In this document: in pieces, positions 57,873-64,000 of the stretch
Layout of the letters: every line of letters starts with the position of its first letter
Position numbering within the stretch: the first letter of the stretch is position 1
NCBI GenBank assembly: GCA_965205975.1
Contig: OZ242195.1
Span: forward strand, 832,001-896,000
Direction of reading: 5' to 3'
Source of the DNA: Candidatus Latescibacterota bacterium
GTDB taxonomy: Bacteria; Latescibacterota; UBA2968
Length of the DNA: 64,000 nucleotides
The notes under the pieces: generated by a model
What the model saw: the letters and a program-made list of their open reading frames with translations, nothing else
Database searches by the model: none
Told to the model about the DNA's origin: nothing
Made by a program: the position numbers and the translations under genes

Positions 57873-58400
57873 ATGCCCGTGACGATGCCCACAATACTCA
57901 ATCAGTCTGTATTGGTGCTCAATCAGAGTTACGAACCTCTGCATGTGTGTTCTGTGCGCAGGGCTATTGTGCTGGTTTTTCGAGGTCGCGCCGAAGTTGT
58001 TGAAACGTGCGATTCTCGTATCCATACGGTGAGCGATTCTTTCCCCGTGCCGAGTGTGGTGCGTCTGGCTATATATGTGCGCGTGCCTCCCAAACCGCTC
58101 GCCTTGACCAAGCGCAATATTTTAAAACGCGATGGGTTCCAGTGTCAGTATTGTGGCATTCGCCGCGGTCCGTTTACCATTGATCACGTTGTGCCGCGGT
58201 CTCATAATGGGCGCAATTCATGGGATAATCTGGTGTGCGCCTGTCATCGGTGCAACAACCGCAAGGGCGACCATACGCCTGCGGAAGCAGGTTTATCATT
58301 ATTGCGCAAGCCTCAGTCTCCCAATCGGGTGACCTTTATTCGACATCATATTGGGGTGCCAGACCGTCGCTGGCGTCCCTATCTTTTTATGGATGATTAA
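57873..58400 (+). CDS. HNH endonuclease
   Basis: VLVLNQSYEPL, RDGFQCQYCG, TIDHVVPRS, WDNLVCACHRCNNRKG. Confidence 0.92.
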   Translation: MPVTMPTILNQSVLVLNQSYEPLHVCSVRRAIVLVFRGRAEVVETCDSRIHTVSDSFPVPSVVRLAIYVRVPPKPLALTKRNILKRDGFQCQYCGIRRGPFTIDHVVPRSHNGRNSWDNLVCACHRCNNRKGDHTPAEAGLSLLRKPQSPNRVTFIRHHIGVPDRRWRPYLFMDD

Positions 58401-58412
58401 AAGCGGGGACTG

Positions 58413-59480
58413 ATGGAAAAAAAGCGAATTTTGACAGGTGATCGGCCAACGGGGCGTTTGCATCTCGGGCACTATGTTGGGTCTTTGAAAAATCGCGTGG
58501 CCCTGCAAGATGATTACGAGTGCTATTTTTTAGTGGCTGACCTGCACATGTTGACCACGCAGCCCCAAAAAGAATACATTGATGCATTGCGTGAAAATAT
58601 CTATGAGATGGTATTGGATTATTTAGCTTTGGGAATAGATCCAAACAAATCAACCATTTACCTTCAATCGGCCATTCACGCTGTATATGAAATGAATCTG
58701 TTTTTTGAGATGCTCGTGACATTGCCCCGCGTGGCGCGGTTGCCCAGTGTGAAAGATATGGCACGCGCGGCGAATATGACCGATGAGGCAATTCCATTTG
58801 GACTGATTGGGTATCCCGTGCTTCAAAGTGCCGATATTTTGATGCCGCGCGCACATGTTGTGCCGGTGGGAAAAGACAATGAGGCGCACGTTGAAGTGAC
58901 GCGAGAAATTGCGCGTCGGTTCAACGCGTATTACGGCGATGTATTTCCCATTCCCGAACTCCTCATGGGCGATGTGCCTACTCTGGTGGGGACCGATGGA
59001 CAGGCCAAGATGAGCAAAAGTCTCAACAATGCGATTTTTTTGTCTGACGATGAAAAGACGGTGGAAAAAAAAGTGCGCGGTATGTACACAGATCCCAATC
59101 GCGTTCGCGCAGATATTCCGGGCACTGTTGAAGGCAACCCCGTATTTATCTATCACGACGCATTTAATCCCAATGTCGATGAGGTTGAAGATCTCAAAAC
59201 CCGCTATCGCCAGGGCCGTGTGGGCGATGTCGAAGTAAAAGATAAATTGGCCCGCGCGCTCAATGTATTTCTCGATCCTATCCGCCAACGCCGAGCACAT
59301 TTTGCGGCGCAGTCTGGTTATATCGAGCAAGTGATTTACGAAGGTACGCTCAAAACACAAGCACTTGCACACGAAACTCTCATAGCCATGAAAAAGGCGA
59401 TGGGTTTTACCGGCGTATGGAATCGGATTTCTCGCAAAGCGCGAGATAGAATGAAAAAACAAGAGAAGGAGGCGCGATGA
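58413..59480 (+). CDS. trpS: Tryptophan--tRNA ligase
   Basis: [27 protein letters not shown]. Confidence 0.97.
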   Translation: MEKKRILTGDRPTGRLHLGHYVGSLKNRVALQDDYECYFLVADLHMLTTQPQKEYIDALRENIYEMVLDYLALGIDPNKSTIYLQSAIHAVYEMNLFFEMLVTLPRVARLPSVKDMARAANMTDEAIPFGLIGYPVLQSADILMPRAHVVPVGKDNEAHVEVTREIARRFNAYYGDVFPIPELLMGDVPTLVGTDGQAKMSKSLNNAIFLSDDEKTVEKKVRGMYTDPNRVRADIPGTVEGNPVFIYHDAFNPNVDEVEDLKTRYRQGRVGDVEVKDKLARALNVFLDPIRQRRAHFAAQSGYIEQVIYEGTLKTQALAHETLIAMKKAMGFTGVWNRISRKARDRMKKQEKEAR

Positions 59481-60280
59481 TTGCATCCAATTTGACGGCT
59501 CGATTCGATCCGGATGCCGCGCCTTATGGCGTGAAGCTCGATTTGTTTGAAGGCCCGCTGGATCTGTTGCTCTTTCTCATTCAAAAAAACGAGATTGATA
59601 TCTACGACATTCCCATCGCCGATATTACGCGGCAATTTTTAGAATACGTCGAGATTATCCAGCGATTAAATTTAGAGGTTGCCGGCGATTTTGTCGTGAT
59701 GGCCGCCACATTGATGCGTATCAAATCGCGCATGTTGTTGCCCTCTGACCCAGAGGCTGAGGAGGAAGAAGGAGATCCTCGCGAGGAATTGGTGCGCCGC
59801 TTGTTGGAATACCAGCAATTCAGAGAAGTAGCCACGTGGATGGACGATCAGCAAACGGAATACCGCGATGTTTTTTATCGGGGTGCTTCAATGGACCTGG
59901 AAGATATTCGGAAGCAACACGCAGCCGAAGCTGGGGAATTCCGTCCCGTGAGTCTGTTCGAATTGCTCCGCGCTTTTAAGCAAGCTATGGATGCTGCACC
60001 AAAAGTCGATTTTCACGAGGTGACGCGGGTTGATGTGACTACAGAGGAGCGCGTTGAATACGTGCTCGATGTACTTGAAAGACGTCATCAGGTTCCATTT
60101 AGTGAACTGATTGCCAGTACACATCGAATTGTTGTTGTTGTGACATTTATCGCGTTGCTGGACTTGATGAAAGAAGGGAAAGTCCGCGTTCAACAGGCCG
60201 ATATCGATGGAGAACTCTGGGTTTATCGCCGCGATGCTTTAGATACGGCGTCTTTCGAGGAGGGCATAAACGATGTCTGA
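59477..60280 (+). CDS. scpA: Segregation and condensation protein A
   Basis: [33 protein letters not shown]. Confidence 0.96.
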   Translation: MIASNLTARFDPDAAPYGVKLDLFEGPLDLLLFLIQKNEIDIYDIPIADITRQFLEYVEIIQRLNLEVAGDFVVMAATLMRIKSRMLLPSDPEAEEEEGDPREELVRRLLEYQQFREVATWMDDQQTEYRDVFYRGASMDLEDIRKQHAAEAGEFRPVSLFELLRAFKQAMDAAPKVDFHEVTRVDVTTEERVEYVLDVLERRHQVPFSELIASTHRIVVVVTFIALLDLMKEGKVRVQQADIDGELWVYRRDALDTASFEEGINDV

Positions 60281-61019
60281 GAGAGATGACGCACGCGTCG
60301 CAAATTTGGCTACCGATGAAGATGCACGCAATAAAGGCGTGGTTGAAGCCTTGTTGATTGCAGCCGATGATCCTCTGGGGGCGTCGCGCCTGTCATCGGT
60401 TTTGGGACGGGATACTGGCGCAAAAGAAATTCGCGCCTATGTCAATGATCTCAATGAAGAATACGCACAGACGGGGCGCAGTTTCAGGGTTGTCGAAGTC
60501 GCGGGTGGCTTTCAGTTGGCTGTACACAGCGAATTTGCGCCCTGGATTCGGCAACTGATGCGCGAGAAGGTCGCGCCCCGGCTTTCGCAAGCTTCCCTGG
60601 AAACCCTCGCTATTCTGGCTTTTAAGCAGCCAATTACCAAAGCCGAGGTGGAGCATATTCGCGGCGTGTCTGTCGATGGCGTTTTGCGGCAATTGATGGA
60701 AAAGGGCCTGATCCGAATTTCCGGGCGGTCAGACGCACCTGGACGGCCCCTGTTATACGGAACGACACGCGATTTTTTGAAGCATTTTGGCCTTAAGACC
60801 CTGTCTGATCTGCCCAGGATTCGCGAGTTGGAAGAGTTGCTCCGAGAAGAGGAGCAACGGGTGGCCGAAGGCAAAGACAGCCCGTTATCGGGTGTGATCA
60901 ATACCGATGGGAATAGCGAACGGGATACCCATGACAGAGCGCCTGAACCGGTTTCTGGCCCGCGCGGGGGTGGCTTCGCGGCGGGCGAGCGATCAGTTGA
61001 TTCAAACGGGCAGCGTTAA
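60273..61019 (+). CDS. scpB: Segregation and condensation protein B
   Basis: LSQASLETLAILAFKQPIT, IRGV, PGRPLLYGTT. Confidence 0.96.
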   Translation: MSERDDARVANLATDEDARNKGVVEALLIAADDPLGASRLSSVLGRDTGAKEIRAYVNDLNEEYAQTGRSFRVVEVAGGFQLAVHSEFAPWIRQLMREKVAPRLSQASLETLAILAFKQPITKAEVEHIRGVSVDGVLRQLMEKGLIRISGRSDAPGRPLLYGTTRDFLKHFGLKTLSDLPRIRELEELLREEEQRVAEGKDSPLSGVINTDGNSERDTHDRAPEPVSGPRGGGFAAGERSVDSNGQR

Positions 61020-61665
61020 AATAAATGGCGCTGTTGTGACACATCCGGGCACGCGAATAAACCCGCGTAGCGATCAGGTATGTGTCAATGGCCGGGCGAT
61101 CCAATCGGTTGATCAACAAACGTATATTTTATTGCACAAACCCCCGGGATATCTGGTATCGGCGCGCGATCCGCATCATGCCCAAACAATTTACAAATTG
61201 TTGCGCGGCATTGATGCTCGGGTTTTCCCCGTCGGACGGCTCGATCTGGATACGCGAGGGGTTTTGTTGTTGATGGACGATGGCGATCTGGCATTTCGAT
61301 TGACCCATCCGCGGTATGGTGTAAAAAAAGTCTATCGCGCCTGGGTGAGTGGGCATCCCAGCGAGGCGGTATTGAGAGCACTGCGAGAGGGAATAAAGCT
61401 CAATGATGGTCTTTCTGCTCCTGCACATATTCGCGTGATGCGTGCAAGAGGTGGAGATACAGAATTGGAATTAGCACTTCACGAGGGGCGCAAAAGACAA
61501 GTGAAGCGGATGTGCGAGGCGGCCGGACATCGGGTGCAATCTTTAATACGCACGCATTTTGCCGGTCTCACAACGCGGCACCTCAAGTTAGGCCAATGGC
61601 GGCATTTGACTCAAGCAGAAGTAAAGAGGCTCCGAGAACTGGTCGGGCTGAACCAGGAACAATGA
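60931..61665 (+). CDS. rluB: RsuA/RluB-family pseudouridine synthase
   Basis: S4 domain ERLNRFLARAGVASRR, GRLD, EGRKRQVKRM. Confidence 0.9.
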   Translation: MTERLNRFLARAGVASRRASDQLIQTGSVKINGAVVTHPGTRINPRSDQVCVNGRAIQSVDQQTYILLHKPPGYLVSARDPHHAQTIYKLLRGIDARVFPVGRLDLDTRGVLLLMDDGDLAFRLTHPRYGVKKVYRAWVSGHPSEAVLRALREGIKLNDGLSAPAHIRVMRARGGDTELELALHEGRKRQVKRMCEAAGHRVQSLIRTHFAGLTTRHLKLGQWRHLTQAEVKRLRELVGLNQEQ

Positions 61666-61672
61666 GTAATGT

Positions 61673-62356
61673 ATGCGCGAAAATGGGATTGTCATTGCGA
61701 TTGATGGCCCGGCAGGTGCTGGCAAGAGTACAACTGCACGGCTCGTTGCAGAGCAAATGGGGTACCTCTATCTGGATACTGGGGCGATGTATCGCGCCGT
61801 AGGGCTGGCTGTCCTGCAACAGGGCATTAATCCCGATGATGCCGATGGCGTGACCGCATTGTGTAGTGCGCTCAATATCGCACTTGAGATGCGAGATAGG
61901 GAGTTGCAAACCCTGCTCAATGGGAAAAATATATCCGATGCAATTCGCTCACCTGAAATTTCGCAAGCTGCGTCTCGCGTAGCTGTCCATCCGGGGGTGC
62001 GCGATGTGCTCGTTGCATTACAGCGGGCTATGGGCCGTGATGGGGGGATTGTTTTAGAAGGTCGAGATACAGGCACTGCTATTTTTCCAGATGCGGAATT
62101 AAAAATTTTTCTCGTTGCCGATCCCGCCGAACGCGCGCGGCGACGGCTCAGAGACCTCGAAAAAAGGGGTGAATCTGCTGTGTTTGAGTCGCTGTTGGAC
62201 GAAATTCGCATTCGGGATATTCGCGACCGACAAACGCAGTTGCAACGCGGCGCGTGGCCCGCACCTGATGCCGTGTGTATAGATACTACGGTACTGTCAA
62301 TAGCAGAACAAGTAGATCGGATTGTAGCACTTGCCCAACGGCAAAATAGGGCTTGA
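61673..62356 (+). CDS. cmk: Cytidylate kinase
   Basis: IAIDGPAGAGKST, DTGAMYRA, EGRD. Confidence 0.97.
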   Translation: MRENGIVIAIDGPAGAGKSTTARLVAEQMGYLYLDTGAMYRAVGLAVLQQGINPDDADGVTALCSALNIALEMRDRELQTLLNGKNISDAIRSPEISQAASRVAVHPGVRDVLVALQRAMGRDGGIVLEGRDTGTAIFPDAELKIFLVADPAERARRRLRDLEKRGESAVFESLLDEIRIRDIRDRQTQLQRGAWPAPDAVCIDTTVLSIAEQVDRIVALAQRQNRA

Positions 62357-63021
62357 ATGGTAAATGGATGGTATCGATGACATTTTATCGCTTTTTCTGG
62401 TGGCTGGCCTACGGGCTGGCCGTTATTCTCTTTCGATTACGGGTCGAAGGGCGGTGTCACATACCCCAGTCGGGTGCTTTGATTTTAGCTGCTAACCACT
62501 GTTCTTACGTCGATCCCGTTATTATTGGAGTTGCGGCAGGACGCGAACTTTGGTATCTTGCTAAGGCTGAACTCTTTCCTATTCCGTTGCTGGGAAAGCT
62601 GATTCACAGGTTGCACGCGATGCCCGTAGATCGGAGCCGTGGAGACCGCAGCGCATTTTTGGCCTGGACAAGAACTTTGCAGGCAGGTAATCCCGTGCTC
62701 ATTTTTCCAGAAGGCACGCGCAATAAACGCCCCGGTTTTCTGCGTCCCCGAGCAGGGGTTGGCATGCTGGTTTATCGCACTCAGGCACCTGTGATACCCG
62801 TATATATTTCGGGCACAGTCAATATCTGGAAAACGATGGTTGGGCTGGATCGGTTGCAGGTGCGATTTGGCAAGCCTATTTTGGGTTGTCCAGAACAATT
62901 GCCCGACAGGCGTCGCGACGCCTACAATTTTATCACCCATGAGGTGATGCGTCATCTCGCTGTTCTGAAGCGGATGCGGCGGAAAGCCGGCACGGTCGCA
63001 CCCACTTCTCACAATAGTTAA
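62353..63021 (+). CDS. plsC: 1-acyl-sn-glycerol-3-phosphate acyltransferase
   Basis: NHCSYVD, FPEGTR. Confidence 0.9.
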   Translation: MNGKWMVSMTFYRFFWWLAYGLAVILFRLRVEGRCHIPQSGALILAANHCSYVDPVIIGVAAGRELWYLAKAELFPIPLLGKLIHRLHAMPVDRSRGDRSAFLAWTRTLQAGNPVLIFPEGTRNKRPGFLRPRAGVGMLVYRTQAPVIPVYISGTVNIWKTMVGLDRLQVRFGKPILGCPEQLPDRRRDAYNFITHEVMRHLAVLKRMRRKAGTVAPTSHNS

Positions 63022-63115
63022 CAATAAGGTGTCGGTACGGTTTGATCGACGTTGTTCGTCGTTCTTTTTTTATTATTTTGCGCGATTTTTTTTAGCGTGA
63101 AAGGAATTATTTGGT

Positions 63116-64000
63116 ATGTCCGTTAATACCCTTCCCAAACCCACTCCTGAAGAAGCACTGGCCGCGCTGGATGAAAGCGAATACAGCGAGGCAGAGTTTA
63201 ATGAAATGATGGAACTCTACGAAGAGACGTTAGAGACCATTAAGCAGGGCGAGATTGTTATGGGCACTGTGAGGTCCATCCACGATGGAATCGTAGTGGT
63301 AGATATTGGTTTTAAGTCTGAAGGCGCGATTCCCCTCTCTGAGTTTGGCGACCCGCCAGCTATAGAGGATGGCGATGAAATTGAGGTTTTTTTAGAGAGT
63401 ATTGAAGATCAAGAAGGTCAGGTAGTGCTGTCCAAGACCAAAGCTGACTTTATGCGGGTGTGGGATCGCATTAAGGATGCGTATGATAGCGATCAGATTG
63501 TCGAAGGTCGCTTGATGCGGCGAATCAAGGGTGGCATAGTGGTCGATCTTTTCGGCGTCGATGCTTTTTTGCCTGGCTCCCAAATTGACATCAAACAGGT
63601 CAAAAATTTTGATCAATTTCTCGGCAATGTGTATCCGTTTCGCATTATAAAGCTCAACAAGAATCGCCGAAATATTGTCATTTCTCGCCGCGTCGTGCTC
63701 GAAGAAGAACGCTCCAGGCTGCGCAAACAGATTCTCGCCACATTAGAAGTGGGGCAAGTGCGTCAGGGGTCGGTCAAAAATATCACCGATTTTGGTGCTT
63801 TTATCGATCTGGGCGGATTAGATGGATTGTTGCATATTACAGATATTGCCTGGGGGCGCGTTGGACATCCATCAGAAGTTTTGTCCATAGGAGAAGAAGT
63901 AGAAGTCAAGGTGCTCAATTACGATGAAAAACGCGAGCGCATTTCGCTGGGCATGAAGCAATTACAAGATCATCCCTGGAAAGATGTTGAAGAAAAATAT
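63116..64000 (+). CDS. rpsA: 30S ribosomal protein S1 (runs off window)
   Basis: Not in ORF track. Manual translation: MSVNTLPK...DIGFKSEG...AFLPGSQID...KNITDFGAFIDLGGLDGLLHITD. Confidence 0.97.
   Translation, partial: MSVNTLPKPTPEEALAALDESEYSEAEFNEMMELYEETLETIKQGEIVMGTVRSIHDGIVVVDIGFKSEGAIPLSEFGDPPAIEDGDEIEVFLESIEDQEGQVVLSKTKADFMRVWDRIKDAYDSDQIVEGRLMRRIKGGIVVDLFGVDAFLPGSQIDIKQVKNFDQFLGNVYPFRIIKLNKNRRNIVISRRVVLEEERSRLRKQILATLEVGQVRQGSVKNITDFGAFIDLGGLDGLLHITDIAWGRVGHPSEVLSIGEEVEVKVLNYDEKRERISLGMKQLQDHPWKDVEEKY

Overview
Bacterial chromosomal window in two parts. The gene set suggests an FCB-group lineage such as Latescibacterota or Gemmatimonadota, and a YWTD eukaryotic-like protein hints at host or sponge association; both points are inference. 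Bases 1 to about 26 kb are an accessory mosaic of roughly 25 genes, all on the minus strand: trpD, NUDIX, two aminoglycoside-phosphotransferase-like genes, GNATs, AKR, GH140, GH4, PhyH, sulfatase, M14 peptidase, a MacB-type permease and several truncated genes. This part also holds a non-autonomous IS200/IS605 tnpB element whose ends, TAM and guide can be read directly, and an intact IS3 sitting on an apparent deletion. Bases 26-64 kb are mostly housekeeping: ispH, rplM-rpsI-rpsB-tsf-frr (no pyrH), aroC, mutY, mnmG-smpB-dnaC-like-rph-rdgB, bioB, efp-accB-accC-gcvH and trpS-scpA-scpB-rluB-cmk-plsC-rpsA. They are interrupted by an XRE/YWTD-propeller pair and by a decaying defence islet (hsdM relic, SIR2/Dsr1-like fragment, truncated IS3, PIN protein, AlbA_2/Schlafen ATPase). 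The best candidate for something undescribed is a self-contained structured transcript of about 250 nt just upstream of rplM. It has its own promoter and terminator, a 15-nt complement to the 16S rRNA 3' end and an 11-codon micro-ORF. The second candidate is a DnaC/DnaI-like loader that appears to use a non-canonical ATC/ACG start codon. No CRISPR array, rRNA or tRNA was seen. All family assignments come from motif recognition, not database searches.
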